Source: a virus (taxonomy: Duplodnaviria; Caudoviricetes). Taken from it: a stretch of 64,000 nucleotides of DNA. The stretch spans positions 42,710-106,709 of the IMG/VR virus record IMGVR_UViG_3300014204_005796, one strand, 5' to 3'. Positions within the stretch are counted from its first letter, which is position 1. The number at the start of each line of letters is the position of its first letter. Below are positions 10,776 through 20,436 of this stretch, in pieces. Under the pieces are notes generated by a model. The model made no database searches. It was given only the letters and a program-made list of their open reading frames with translations, and was not told the DNA's origin. The translations under genes were made by a program, and so were the position numbers.

Positions 10776-11150
10776 TCAGATAAAGGGTGTTTTATACTTA
10801 TGCGTATCTTTGTCATATATCCCAAAATAGAATCTTTGCCAGCGCTCTCTCCGTCCCGGTCCAGCACTTCCTTTATTTGTTTTTTGTATACTAATGTGGT
10901 TTTGCTCGAGAGTGCTATTAGGGCCATTCCCTATATGGTCTGTTACTTCTACCAAATGCTCTGCTAGAAATACTCGTGTGCATAATGGCATGTCCTGTGC
11001 GAACATGCCATACACGGCAATGCTTGATGGCGAGCCATAAGCATCTAGGTCCGATATTTCCATGCGCACCTCACCCATACCTTCCATTAAAAATATTTCT
11101 GCATGCTGATTGCACAAACTAAGTGCTGGTAGTTGCATTAATCCGGACAT
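10776..11150 (-). CDS. Hypothetical protein, SxxxFxxE-motif family (variant)
   Basis: Motif variant MPLCTRVFLAEH; overlaps the small ORF 10739-10927. Confidence 0.55.
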   Translation of the reverse strand: MSGLMQLPALSLCNQHAEIFLMEGMGEVRMEISDLDAYGSPSSIAVYGMFAQDMPLCTRVFLAEHLVEVTDHIGNGPNSTLEQNHISIQKTNKGSAGPGRRERWQRFYFGIYDKDTHKYKTPFI

Positions 11151-11386
11151 GTGACCCCCATGATGTTCTGGTAATAAGTAAAGAACACCCTTGTATTTTC
11201 ATCGTTGAAACTTTCCGCGTCTGGGTTTATAATATGGCAATGTGGGATCTGCCATTAGTACATCCCGCGGATCCTGTACGAATTGGTAGTCTTCTAGTTT
11301 TATATCCATAAGTCCTCCTTTGAACTCGCGGAGCCGGTGCTGCCCGGTGAGGTGATTGCTTGCCACCGGCCCCTTGAGTCCCTTCA

Positions 11387-11851
11387 CTATTTCATTTTCT
11401 TTATAGCCTTAATAGCCACGTCTACCTCATCTATGGCCGCCCGATGTTTCATGAGTTCTTTCATATGGGTGGCCCTGACTTCTACGAGGCTGGCAAGTAC
11501 ATTGCTGTATTGAGGCACCTTGTTAGCAGGTTTAGTCTTTGTAACATGTGCTTTCTTAATTTTGTAATGCACTATTTCTCCTGCAGCGCGTTTCTGTGCA
11601 AGTACTGCCCGTGCATGTGCTGCGGTCATTCTCAGCCGTTCCTGTTTCTTGGCTTTTTCCTGCAGCTGCTTAGAAGTATAGCGCTGCTGGACGTATAAGT
11701 CATAAGTTTTTTTACAGCCAGTACATAGGCGCGCATTTGTGAAATCAGCGCTTCCGGCCTTCGCCGCGCATTCCGGGCACAATTTACCTGCATCTCTTAA
11801 CTCTAAAACTAATCCCGGTCTCTTTCCTGTCCTTTTCTTCGTTGCTTCCAT
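11387..11851 (-). CDS. Basic Zn-finger protein (CxxC...CxxC)
   Basis: AAGGAGG SD before ATG 11851; CPEC and CTGC; Lys-rich. Confidence 0.6.
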   Translation of the reverse strand: MEATKKRTGKRPGLVLELRDAGKLCPECAAKAGSADFTNARLCTGCKKTYDLYVQQRYTSKQLQEKAKKQERLRMTAAHARAVLAQKRAAGEIVHYKIKKAHVTKTKPANKVPQYSNVLASLVEVRATHMKELMKHRAAIDEVDVAIKAIKKMK

Positions 11852-12245
11852 GTTCAATCCTCCTTTAGGATCTGGATTAGAGAGCGTCAGCGCTCTCTTT
11901 TGCACACTTTGGACATAACTTAACCCGCACACTCTTATTATATAAGTCAGAATAATACAGGTCGTCCATAGTCTTAACTTTTATGTTCTTTACTCCACAG
12001 TGCTTACAACGCAATGCTTTCTTTTTTGGGGAGCTCTTCACGCGTGGTGGCATTTCTCATCTCCTTTCTATTTTTCTGTATTCTGTTACTGTCTCAGTAT
12101 AGCCAAGGCGCACCAGGAGTTCACACAGAATTTCGTTTGCGTCACGCTTGACCTTAAAGTCTCCAGGATAGCGCTCATGGCGTTTTGCCAGATTTTGCAA
12201 CTTACTTGCTGTCTCTTTATCCGGGTTGCTCATAAGGCACCTCCT

Positions 12246-12737
12246 TCAGAGAGAATCAGTCGCTGCTTTTGGGACTAGGAACAGTACAAACGGTGAAGTC
12301 TCTACCTCATACTCGTAATACTTCTTGAGGTTCGTTTTGGCCAGCTCCTGCTTAAGTATGTCTGTGATGGGTTTATATCCGCGGAATGCCCCGTGGTACT
12401 TACCATTGTACCAAACACACCACTCTATTTCTTTGGGCTCGCCCTCTTCTTCTGTGAGCCAGTCATGCTTACCCCAGAGTGTAAGCATGAAATTATGAAA
12501 GTTTTCAATAGCAAACAGGACCGTCGATGGGGCAGTTTCGTTCTTCCAGTCGATTTTGAACCCATATTGAAAATCTGGCTCTGCTGCGGCGGCTTGCTCC
12601 TCATTCTTAATATTAGTCATACACACTACATCAAAGTCTAGTCCCTGTAAACCTTTTACTACGGCCGGGTGTTTCTGCGCGTAGCGCATAGCCCGCAAAA
12701 TCCTGTGTGTTAAATCATCCGTTATTGACCAATTCAT
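12246..12737 (-). CDS. Hypothetical protein, SxxxFxxE-motif family
   Basis: Motif TAPSTVLFAIEN. Confidence 0.75.
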   Translation of the reverse strand: MNWSITDDLTHRILRAMRYAQKHPAVVKGLQGLDFDVVCMTNIKNEEQAAAAEPDFQYGFKIDWKNETAPSTVLFAIENFHNFMLTLWGKHDWLTEEEGEPKEIEWCVWYNGKYHGAFRGYKPITDILKQELAKTNLKKYYEYEVETSPFVLFLVPKAATDSL

Positions 12738-12922
12738 AATTTGCCTCCTTTTACCTCTTCAATTTTTACGGTATCTTCCTTAAAGCTAAGTCCTATATCT
12801 TTGGCCTCATCGCTAGACCAGTTATCAGGTGCGTCTGCAAATAGGACGGAGCGTACCTCTTGTATTTTTACCCTATCACCAGCTGTTTCCACTTCAAAAC
12901 TAACCTTATACCTTTTTGTCAT
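12734..12922 (-). CDS. Hypothetical protein
   Basis: AGGAGG SD; coupled to the downstream gene. Confidence 0.7.
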   Translation of the reverse strand: MTKRYKVSFEVETAGDRVKIQEVRSVLFADAPDNWSSDEAKDIGLSFKEDTVKIEEVKGGKL

Positions 12923-12952
12923 ACCATACCTCCTAAAGTGAGTTTCGCACTA

Positions 12953-12985
12953 AGCGACTATGGCCGTTTTTTGAGATTCACTGGC
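12953..12985. repeat. Dispersed oriented repeat, copy 1
   Basis: agcgactatggccgttttttgagattcactggc; 31/33 identical to 27234-27266. Confidence 0.8.
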
Positions 12986-13034
12986 ATAGCCCGGGTCTTC
13001 TGTATCCGTGCAGCTTTACTCCTTATAAGTTCAA

Positions 13035-13141
13035 TGGTGCCCGCGTGGGCCTTCAGCTCTATGAGCAGCCCAACCCGAGGTGATGTAACGACCGTGGTCA
13101 AGCGGCCGCATAGATTCGGACTATATCCAGCTCGGGCACCA
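13035..13141 (-). ncRNA. Candidate structured RNA with T-arm/acceptor-like module
   Basis: 9-bp closing stem TGGTGCCCG/CGGGCACCA. Inside: TATAG-TCCGAAT-CTATG abutting CGGCCG/CGGTCG, and TGGGCT..GCTC-ATA-GAGC..GGCCCA. G-U pairs favour the minus strand. Confidence 0.35.
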
Positions 13142-13262
13142 ATTATTAATTGGCAGTGGTCAGGAGCTAAAGTGTTATGAACTCCCCTGCCGCAACATTA
13201 CTAACGAAGCCTCTTATTTCTCCGCATAACTTCGGGTGTTATTCACACGCCACTGTCAAATG

Positions 13263-14024
13263 TTAAATAGCTATTCTCTTCTTTGCGCTTTCTACCGCCC
13301 TAATAAACATCCTGCTCCTCTGGTCGAGAGAAGCGTACTTCAACATGTCAGCCACAGCCATCTCAGTAGGCATATCAAACAGACCGGACTTGGAAGTCTT
13401 CTTGGTGAAGAACTCTGCGCCGACTTCCGACGCTGTAGGAGACAGGTTCAGCTTTTCCCTTTCAGTAGGAGCTTTGTAGCCAAGATTGATTATTTTCCAT
13501 CCCTTGTAGTATGAACCATTTACCATGACCGCTTCTGCGCCGGGGTCTTTTTTGTTCTTTATCTCATTTTTGTACTCGAGATACTCGAGGGTCATTCTGA
13601 CACTCCATGATATATCTGTGTCAACTCTGTTGTACTCAATAGCTACCTGCGTCAGAAGATCTTCAAAGGACACCTCGGGTACGCCTTCCAGTGCATTACG
13701 TACAGCCCTCTGAAAGGTTATGGGAGACTCCTTGGTCCCGGATATTAACTGGTCAGCTTCCCACTTTACCTGGTTAAAGCTGAGTATTCCTGAAGTCCGA
13801 GCTTCTGCTTTAGCCGCTTCGTAGTCCTGATAACCTTTAGGAAGTTTGGCCGGCGTGGCCGCAGCAGAGCTTTTTACCAGGCGGGCAGCTTCTAAGTCTA
13901 CAGACGCTTTAAACTCCGGATTAGCAAACGTAGCATTGGGCCGGCCATTAAGTTCATAGTCAGCTTTTACGATACTCCACGCTCTAAATCTGGCGTCAGC
14001 TTTACTCAACGGTGTATTGGCCAT
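13263..14024 (-). CDS. Hypothetical protein
   Basis: 253-aa ORF with AAGGAGG SD. Confidence 0.75.
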   Translation of the reverse strand: MANTPLSKADARFRAWSIVKADYELNGRPNATFANPEFKASVDLEAARLVKSSAAATPAKLPKGYQDYEAAKAEARTSGILSFNQVKWEADQLISGTKESPITFQRAVRNALEGVPEVSFEDLLTQVAIEYNRVDTDISWSVRMTLEYLEYKNEIKNKKDPGAEAVMVNGSYYKGWKIINLGYKAPTEREKLNLSPTASEVGAEFFTKKTSKSGLFDMPTEMAVADMLKYASLDQRSRMFIRAVESAKKRIAI

Positions 14025-14039
14025 GGTAGTCGCCTCCTT

Positions 14040-14648
14040 TTAGAAGTGTATGCCTGCGTCTATAAGTAGCTGTGCTGTTGCAAAAGCAGCAATTACAACA
14101 ATAACTGCCTTACTTATTAGAAGTCCGACGCTCCAAATTATAAGTGAGCGCTCACGTCTTTTAAGTAAAGCGCCTATTTCATACAACTCCGACGCGCGGT
14201 CGCGCAACTGTAATGTTACAGCGGTCCTAGCGCCCTCTACAAACTGGCTAAGTTCCTCTATGCCGCGTTTCTGCGCCAGCGTGTTAAGCCAGGACAGATT
14301 AACTAGCAGTACAATACAAAGGTCGCTGGTTCCACCAGCGTCAGGGTCAATGCTCCTGGTTATCATAGTCATGGCTAAGTCGTATAGGCCCATTGAAGCG
14401 AATCCGTACACGCATAAGCCGGTTAACTCTGGTACTTTGGAATAGCGGCCCTCTTCAGACGCTATAGCTACAGCATAGAACGCTGAAAGGAACTTTTCTT
14501 CTGCGCTTAGTTTCGCTTTAATCATCTTTGACCCGTGGTTTATACCAAACTTTGCCAGTATTGGCGCGTGGAACTTTACTACGTCAGGCCTTACTTTTTC
14601 CAACACTTCAGGCGGAAGTGTGTCAAGATTAAATTTAAATTCTCCCAT
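14040..14648 (-). CDS. Membrane-anchored hypothetical protein
   Basis: GGAGGTGA SD before ATG 14648; C-terminal TM segment. Confidence 0.65.
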   Translation of the reverse strand: MGEFKFNLDTLPPEVLEKVRPDVVKFHAPILAKFGINHGSKMIKAKLSAEEKFLSAFYAVAIASEEGRYSKVPELTGLCVYGFASMGLYDLAMTMITRSIDPDAGGTSDLCIVLLVNLSWLNTLAQKRGIEELSQFVEGARTAVTLQLRDRASELYEIGALLKRRERSLIIWSVGLLISKAVIVVIAAFATAQLLIDAGIHF

Positions 14649-14856
14649 GAGATTCACCTCCGCGTTTTTCTTTAACAATACGCTTCCATTCAACTTCAGC
14701 TTCTTCGCGTGCTTTTTCTGCAATGCTCGCCTGGTCAATCATCATGACAATGATCAGACTCTTCATTGTGGCAACTATCTTAAAGACTTTCAGAAAAATG
14801 TAGAAGGCGACCCAGGTGAACATCAACACTGCAAGAAAAATGTAAGTGTTAAGCAT
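14635..14856 (-). CDS. Small membrane protein
   Basis: AGGAGGTG SD before ATG 14856; N-terminal TM segment. Confidence 0.6.
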   Translation of the reverse strand: MLNTYIFLAVLMFTWVAFYIFLKVFKIVATMKSLIIVMMIDQASIAEKAREEAEVEWKRIVKEKRGGESHGRI

Positions 14857-15454
14857 GACGGCCACCTCCTGAAAGGATATTGTAAATCTCTTCTGACAGT
14901 TTCGCGTCGTTCTTTTCCTGATAAACTTTCCAGAACGAATACGGAAAGAGACCGCCACCCAGTAACAACACGAAGACGTAATTGAACTGCAGAAGGAACA
15001 GAACCGGCGACAGGATAAGCGCCAGCGGAACCACGGAAAGCACGGTGAGCATTGCTGACTTAACCAAAGCCCATACAGCAAGCTTTATGATTCTCGCCAT
15101 GAACCTCGCCCTCAGTCCAAAAGAATATTTTTCCTTCGCAGTCAGTGAAACATTGGGGTCGGCCAGGTAGGCCGACAGTTCCTTGAACCTCTTGTTTATC
15201 AGGTAGGACCTCAGCATCTGACTCTCAAGTTCCTCAATCATTACATCATAAGGAATGTTGAGCTTCCTTGCCGCCTGAGCTACCCACGTCTTAGGCACAT
15301 CCGCGTTGAGCGTTGCCAGCTGGGGGTAAGCCTTGCGTAGTACGGTCTTGAGATGTTCGAAAGCTTCAGGAGTATTTACCGAAGTAAATATCCCGTGTAC
15401 ATCATGCCCGAAAACATTCTCTCCACCATTCCGTTTTATTAACATGACCATCAC
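14849..15454 (-). CDS. Membrane protein
   Basis: Two C-terminal TM segments. Confidence 0.65.
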   Translation of the reverse strand: MMVMLIKRNGGENVFGHDVHGIFTSVNTPEAFEHLKTVLRKAYPQLATLNADVPKTWVAQAARKLNIPYDVMIEELESQMLRSYLINKRFKELSAYLADPNVSLTAKEKYSFGLRARFMARIIKLAVWALVKSAMLTVLSVVPLALILSPVLFLLQFNYVFVLLLGGGLFPYSFWKVYQEKNDAKLSEEIYNILSGGGRHA

Positions 15455-15457
15455 CTC

Positions 15458-15904
15458 CTATAGATCTATTAAAGCATGTTCTTCAGATAGTCTCAACCAA
15501 GCCTCAATCTTTATTATACCGCAGTTGCAGCCTTGCAGTAAGTGCTTTACAATCTCGTCCTTCCTGATGCCTAACGCGTCGTCTTTCAGTCCCATGCCAT
15601 GCTGGCTGTTCTCTTGCCACTTCGAGGTCTTACGCAGTTTCTTTCTTAGGTTGAGCTTCATACTCTTCATATGAAACGCTTCCCAATCCCGTTCCAAAAG
15701 ACGCCCAATAAACTTCGTTAAAGCCATCTGCCTTGTGCTGGCTGCGGAATCCTTCGAGAACCAGAACTTAATCTCAATGGTGTCACACCCGCCGTAGTAA
15801 GACTGCACAAACCAGATCGGTGAAATCACTGGATAAAATTCTCTTTGTAGCGCTCGTTCAAGAGCAAGCACTGATTTAGGATTTATGTTTCCCACAGTCA
15901 TCAC
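15458..15904 (-). CDS. Hypothetical protein (weak SxxxFxxE variant)
   Basis: SAASTRQMALTK; directly downstream of a sigma70 promoter. Confidence 0.65.
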   Translation of the reverse strand: MMTVGNINPKSVLALERALQREFYPVISPIWFVQSYYGGCDTIEIKFWFSKDSAASTRQMALTKFIGRLLERDWEAFHMKSMKLNLRKKLRKTSKWQENSQHGMGLKDDALGIRKDEIVKHLLQGCNCGIIKIEAWLRLSEEHALIDL

Positions 15905-15922
15905 GTCCCTTCAGTTGAATAG

Positions 15923-15951
15923 AGTATACGACAAAAGTAAGTTAAAGTCAA
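15923..15951 (-). promoter_or_regulatory. Sigma70-type promoter
   Basis: TTGACT-N17-TATACT. Confidence 0.7.
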
Positions 15952-15961
15952 GATAAATCTT

Positions 15962-16639
15962 TTAAGCGTGCCTCACAATTACTTCCCCAAACTTTCCAAC
16001 GTTCCGCGCTATCTCAGCGAAGCGTTCCAGCTGGGCTGCTGGGTAACTGTTTTCTTGCCAAATTCCCGGCCGGAACTGCTGCAAGGCCCAGCGCTTAGCC
16101 GGTGAAATCCATTCTGCTATTTCTCGGATGTCCGCTTCTTCATGCAAGCTCGGTACAATCGTGGTACGAAACTCATAATCTATTCCGCTGTTTTTTATCA
16201 TTTCAATCGTCCGGTTTATACCGGCTATTCCCACCATGGCGCCAGCAGCTCTGGCGTACTTAAGCTTTGTGGCCTTGACGTCCATTGCAATATAGTCAAC
16301 CAATTTCTCATCGATAACTTGCTGCAATATGGTTTGTGAAGTGCCATTGGTATCGAGCTTAATAGGCAAGTTTAATAGTTTAAGCTGCTTCAAGAAGCTT
16401 GGTAAACTGTCATATATGGTTGGCTCACCTCCCGTCACCACAATACCATCTATGAGCTTCCCGCGGCGTTCAATCTCTGTGAACACTTCCGCATAAGGTA
16501 CCCCGGTTCCTTCATCACTTTGTAGCGCTTTATTATGACAGTAGAAACACCTAAGGTTGCAGACTTGTGAAAAGATAACGAACGAAACCTTACCGGGGTA
16601 ATCAACCAAACTCGTCGCATTGTAACCATGTATTCTCAT
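15962..16639 (-). CDS. nrdG: Anaerobic ribonucleotide reductase activating protein (radical SAM)
   Basis: TSLVDYPGK, CNLRCFYCHN, TGGEPT, KLDTNG, YIAMDVK, YEFRTT. Confidence 0.9.
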   Translation of the reverse strand: MRIHGYNATSLVDYPGKVSFVIFSQVCNLRCFYCHNKALQSDEGTGVPYAEVFTEIERRGKLIDGIVVTGGEPTIYDSLPSFLKQLKLLNLPIKLDTNGTSQTILQQVIDEKLVDYIAMDVKATKLKYARAAGAMVGIAGINRTIEMIKNSGIDYEFRTTIVPSLHEEADIREIAEWISPAKRWALQQFRPGIWQENSYPAAQLERFAEIARNVGKFGEVIVRHA

Positions 16640-16899
16640 TTGCTCCTCCTTTTCCTAATAACTTGTGGATGCACAAGGCTCGTATCAACTATTCCGTGCT
16701 TCACAAGGTTCTTTAATATTGCTAAAGCATGTCGCAATTCATGGTCAGTTATTGCGACATTAATATCCGGGGACATACCCAAGTCAGCCCTACTAAACCG
16801 AGCAATAGGTTTTCCATTGGCGCTTCCTTCAATCACGTAGCTGTTCTTCCACGGAGCTGATATGGTACGCACGCTTAACCGGCCTGAAAATAATTTCAT
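16636..16899 (-). CDS. Hypothetical protein with PQxIPK-like C-terminus
   Basis: Ends HPQVIRKRRSK. Confidence 0.65.
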   Translation of the reverse strand: MKLFSGRLSVRTISAPWKNSYVIEGSANGKPIARFSRADLGMSPDINVAITDHELRHALAILKNLVKHGIVDTSLVHPQVIRKRRSK

Positions 16900-16997
16900 T
16901 TATGCTTTCTCCGTTTCGGGATACGCTGTGGGTTCTTTTTCTTTGTATTATGGAAAATCTTTTTGATTATGCTCATCATAAACGTGTTGTCTCCCAT
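16896..16997 (-). CDS. 33-aa micropeptide with PQxIPK motif
   Basis: Hand translation MGDNTFMMSIIKKIFHNTKKKNPQRIPKRRKHK; SD AGGAG; ATGA-coupled to the next gene. Confidence 0.6.
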   Translation of the reverse strand: MGDNTFMMSIIKKIFHNTKKKNPQRIPKRRKHK

Positions 16998-17078
16998 TTA
17001 CTTTCTCCTCTTCGGTATAACTTGTGGCTGTTTCTTACCATGCTTAATTATTCTAATAAGCCAGGCTGGTGCGGCCAT
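16998..17078 (-). CDS. 26-aa micropeptide with PQxIPK motif
   Basis: Hand translation MAAPAWLIRIIKHGKKQPQVIPKRRK; SD AAGGAGG. Confidence 0.6.
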   Translation of the reverse strand: MAAPAWLIRIIKHGKKQPQVIPKRRK

Positions 17079-17100
17079 TATAAATCCTCCTTATGAGTTC

Positions 17101-17120
17101 AAAGCGGCCTTGCGGCCGCC
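17101..17120 (-). terminator. Hairpin after the DNA ligase gene
   Basis: GCGGCC-GCAA-GGCCGC followed by TTT. Confidence 0.5.
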
Positions 17121-17124
17121 AGGT

Positions 17125-18006
17125 TTACATATCAATCTTATCCCGTAGTCCAAGGAATACTGGAAACCTTGGCGCTTCCTCAGCCGCACCGCTGGGCTGG
17201 TGCTTGAACTTAACCACCTTACCGATGTAGCTCTTCTTGTTCTTCCATAGCTCAGCCCTGGTTGCATCGTCGAACCCCGACCCAATACCGAACTGATTCT
17301 TGAACTTCTTGCACGTAACAACCAGCTCACCCATTGTTCCCGCGGGCACCATGCCGGCCTTGGCTGTGGAGCGTTTGGTCCTTCCGAAGGCGTCCTTGTC
17401 CGCCGCGTTTTCATTGTGCATCTTCTCATTGATGGCCACAATGGTTGCCTCGTCGTCCTCGAACCTTTTGAGCTTAAGAAGCAAGCCTTCCTTCGCCGTG
17501 GACCGGCCCAGCTTGTAGGGTCCTTCCGGCTTGCGTATCATAACTCCTTCGTACCCTTCGCTGATATACTTCTCTTCAAGTTCCTGAAGTTCTTCCACGT
17601 TCTTTATCTCCACAGGCAGAACCCGTTTGATATGTTCCGCAGGCAGCTTCAAGGCTTCCAAGTCAGCCATGCGCTCTGAGTAAGGCCGGTCGAGCGCGTC
17701 CTTCACATAATCAAATATGAAATACGTGAAGTTCGGCTCTCCTGACTCGCGCATTACGTCGCCCGTGGTTTCCTGGAAGGTCTTGCCCTCCATGATGAGC
17801 TCGCCGTCAAGCCCGTCCGGCAGGTTCTTCTCAATCCAGGTCCTGATGAAGTGGTTCGGGATCGGCTTGAACGTCCGTGACAGGCACTTGCCTTCAATCT
17901 TCAAGCACCGTATCCCGTCGAGCTTCGTGGTGCAGAGTACCGGGTACTTCAACGTCTTAACATCCTCGCATTTTCCTGCAAGCATTGGCTTAAGAATTTT
18001 TTCCAT
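17125..18006 (-). CDS. lig: ATP-dependent DNA ligase
   Basis: KPMLA, KLDGIR, LDGEL, FDY, EGYEGVMIR, LLKLK, GSGF, PRFPVF. Confidence 0.95.
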   Translation of the reverse strand: MEKILKPMLAGKCEDVKTLKYPVLCTTKLDGIRCLKIEGKCLSRTFKPIPNHFIRTWIEKNLPDGLDGELIMEGKTFQETTGDVMRESGEPNFTYFIFDYVKDALDRPYSERMADLEALKLPAEHIKRVLPVEIKNVEELQELEEKYISEGYEGVMIRKPEGPYKLGRSTAKEGLLLKLKRFEDDEATIVAINEKMHNENAADKDAFGRTKRSTAKAGMVPAGTMGELVVTCKKFKNQFGIGSGFDDATRAELWKNKKSYIGKVVKFKHQPSGAAEEAPRFPVFLGLRDKIDM

Positions 18007-18616
18007 GTGCTTTCTCCTTTTGCCAGCGCAGTTTCTGCGCGTGGCCCATTTTGGTTTTTGTACTAAGGTTATGGTGTCTTCCCAAACGAGCTCTTCGTAT
18101 GTTCTCGCAATGCTCTTTTGTAAATGGTTTTCTTTTATGTGTCTGATAGTAATTTTGTAATACTTTTGACATATGCTGCTTGTATTCTTTTGAGAATGGT
18201 TTCATAGGACTTACTGCGTATCTTTGTTTTAATGTTCGTTGTATCTTTCTTTTGGTAGCAACTGACAACTTACGTCCAAGTTGCACAAATACGTTTCCTC
18301 CAGGTGCTATGTTAAGCAACTTTCCGCCGGACTTTTTATTGTACAAATTTATCCAATAAATCTCAGCACTATTTGCCCGGTCTAATCCAGAACATACCTC
18401 AAGCAGCACTATACCAGGTTTCTTATTTTCGTGCAGCAGTCCGCGTATCCAGGCTTCTTTGTGATTAAGTTTTCCTAATTTTCCGCGGACCACTGACACA
18501 TGCTGGCTTCTTCGTGCTGCAAGCGACCTATTAGTTTGTCCTACATATCTGACTTGGCGTGTCTTAGGACAAACTAGTCCGTAAATCTTATAGCTTTCTT
18601 TTCTGCTGTTTCCCAT
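17990..18616 (-). CDS. GIY-YIG homing endonuclease with NUMOD3-like repeats
   Basis: IYGL...YVGQT...RRSQH...EIYWI...LLN; C-terminal SxxTKxKI/M repeats. Confidence 0.85.
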   Translation of the reverse strand: MGNSRKESYKIYGLVCPKTRQVRYVGQTNRSLAARRSQHVSVVRGKLGKLNHKEAWIRGLLHENKKPGIVLLEVCSGLDRANSAEIYWINLYNKKSGGKLLNIAPGGNVFVQLGRKLSVATKRKIQRTLKQRYAVSPMKPFSKEYKQHMSKVLQNYYQTHKRKPFTKEHCENIRRARLGRHHNLSTKTKMGHAQKLRWQKEKAHGKNS

Positions 18617-18737
18617 TACCTTTCTCCTTGTCCCAATAAGGACTCTTGCATTTGGGACATACACGAACCTGAGTTTGTCTGGGCGTCCAATGATGCCCGC
18701 ATCTCTTACAGCCTAACACTTGCACCTTGATATCCAT
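18588..18737 (-). CDS. 49-aa Zn-ribbon protein
   Basis: Hand translation MDIKVQVLGCKRCGHHWTPRQTQVRVCPKCKSPYWD...; AAGGAGGT SD. Confidence 0.75.
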   Translation of the reverse strand: MDIKVQVLGCKRCGHHWTPRQTQVRVCPKCKSPYWDKEKGNGKQQKRKL

Positions 18738-18758
18738 TGTTACCTCCTTCCTTATAGT

Positions 18759-18787
18759 ATATTACCATAAGTAAGTTCACTTGTCAA
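18759..18787 (-). promoter_or_regulatory. Sigma70-type promoter
   Basis: TTGACA-N17-TAATAT with TG extension. Confidence 0.55.
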
Positions 18788-19670
18788 GCCCTGGTTCGCG
18801 TAATTCCGCCAACCTTTTTTGTATAAGTGGCGCTATTATATCAGCCACCCTGCCTACGGGCAACTCCGGCTGCTTTGTATTAAATGTATTACTAAGAAAA
18901 TCCGCATACTCCTGTTGGAAAGTTTTGTCATGTAGAGCCCAAAAGTCTGCTACGCGCTCTAGGGACTCTATTACAGGATCATTCACGGCGGTTATTGTGG
19001 TTCCCTCCCAGTATAAAGCAAAATCATCTCCTTCGAGGTCTACCGGCGATAGTATAGTTACGCCAGTGTTCCCTTCCGTATCTATATACACAGGTACCGG
19101 ATACGCTGGGTCGGCTTCGGACAATAATTTGAATATATTCTTCATGATTTGGATACTAATCTGTCTGCTTTGTTCCTCTGCGGCCTTTTTTGTTTCTGCA
19201 TCGAAATCTTTTTTGTATTCACGCTTAAGTATCCCCACGATCTTTTTAACAACGTCGTATGTATACCACGTACCTTCTAACCATACTCCGGTAATCATAC
19301 CCTTATCCACTAATACGACAGTGTTTGAGTTTTCATATCTGGAAGGATAATCTGTTAATTCAAGGGATGGTATGAGTATTTCATATGTGAAATAAAAACC
19401 CTCGTGGGAATAAATAGCTTGGCTTTTGTCAAGGTGATCCGGGTACGTTTTTGTCACGGTTACTTGGTCTTCTACCCAGCGCGTCTTTGTAATCCATTTA
19501 GGCATCCATATACTCTTTCCGGAAGTCGTTACATATTTACCAACGTCTTCTGTATATTTTTCGTTGTCCCCGAACCCAGTGCCGCCAGAATACAATGTGA
19601 TAGTTTGGCTCATCCCAAAGCAACTGCATGTAGTTAATACCAACGCTATTAATAGAATTATCTTTTTCAT
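18777..19670 (-). CDS. Secreted or lipoprotein-like protein
   Basis: N-terminal signal peptide MKKIILLIALVLTTCSC. Confidence 0.65.
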   Translation of the reverse strand: MKKIILLIALVLTTCSCFGMSQTITLYSGGTGFGDNEKYTEDVGKYVTTSGKSIWMPKWITKTRWVEDQVTVTKTYPDHLDKSQAIYSHEGFYFTYEILIPSLELTDYPSRYENSNTVVLVDKGMITGVWLEGTWYTYDVVKKIVGILKREYKKDFDAETKKAAEEQSRQISIQIMKNIFKLLSEADPAYPVPVYIDTEGNTGVTILSPVDLEGDDFALYWEGTTITAVNDPVIESLERVADFWALHDKTFQQEYADFLSNTFNTKQPELPVGRVADIIAPLIQKRLAELREPGLDK

Positions 19671-19888
19671 TTTGATGCCTCCTTAATATTTGATATTATC
19701 ATCTCACATATTACTAATAATGACTGCCGTATATCTTCTAGCTCTTTCCTGTCCTTCTCACTTAAATCCATTTCAAAGCCGGCGTAGAACAGCTCAAGTT
19801 CGTCAAGGAAATTTCTGCTACGTATCATCTCCTCTCTGGTGCCTTTCCATATTTCCATGAGCCTCTCTTTACTCAACGGGTAAGCCAT
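19667..19888 (-). CDS. Hypothetical protein
   Basis: Coupled ORF with SD. Confidence 0.6.
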   Translation of the reverse strand: MAYPLSKERLMEIWKGTREEMIRSRNFLDELELFYAGFEMDLSEKDRKELEDIRQSLLVICEMIISNIKEASK

Positions 19889-19937
19889 TTTCTTTCACCT
19901 TTTTGGGATAAGCCAACATCGGTTTCGTGATGTTCAT
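19869..19937 (-). pseudogene. N-terminal stub resembling a DNA ligase start (MNITKPMLA)
   Basis: AGGAGG SD, 22 aa; KPMLA matches the intact ligase N-terminus MEKILKPMLA. Confidence 0.35.
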
Positions 19938-19951
19938 GATTGAACCTCCTA

Positions 19952-20176
19952 TTAGTTTGTAACTGGTTTCTGAAATAACCTTACAACTATCTTGCGTGTA
20001 CTTTCAAACTTTTTCTGCCAGTCTAAGATAAGTCTGGCCTGTGTGTCAACTGCTTGTTCCAAAGCGCAGTAGTTTCTAACGAAAGTTTCCGGGTCATGCT
20101 TTATCAGTGTTCTTAGCTCCACAGAGTCATAACGCTTAAATACCGGAGCCGTTTTGCTTCTCGCCATGTTCATCAC
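19952..20176 (-). CDS. Hypothetical protein
   Basis: ORF in operon. Confidence 0.6.
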   Translation of the reverse strand: MMNMARSKTAPVFKRYDSVELRTLIKHDPETFVRNYCALEQAVDTQARLILDWQKKFESTRKIVVRLFQKPVTN

Positions 20177-20436
20177 CCGCCTTCAGTTGTTTTAGTACCT
20201 GTGAACTTTGGTACTGAATAACTTTTGTCTCATACAGAGATAAATGTATCTTAATTCTGCCGCCTATTTTTAATATAGGCCGGGGAGTTTTACATGTCTT
20301 ACACGTGCATAATTCCAAAGTAATCTATTAGAGACCTCCTTTGTCGCGGTGCAGAGCCTTCCATATAAGTACGCCTGCTCCCACCACATAAAGCCCCAGC
20401 ACAAACCAGTGTATTATCGTCATAAGTCACCTCCTC

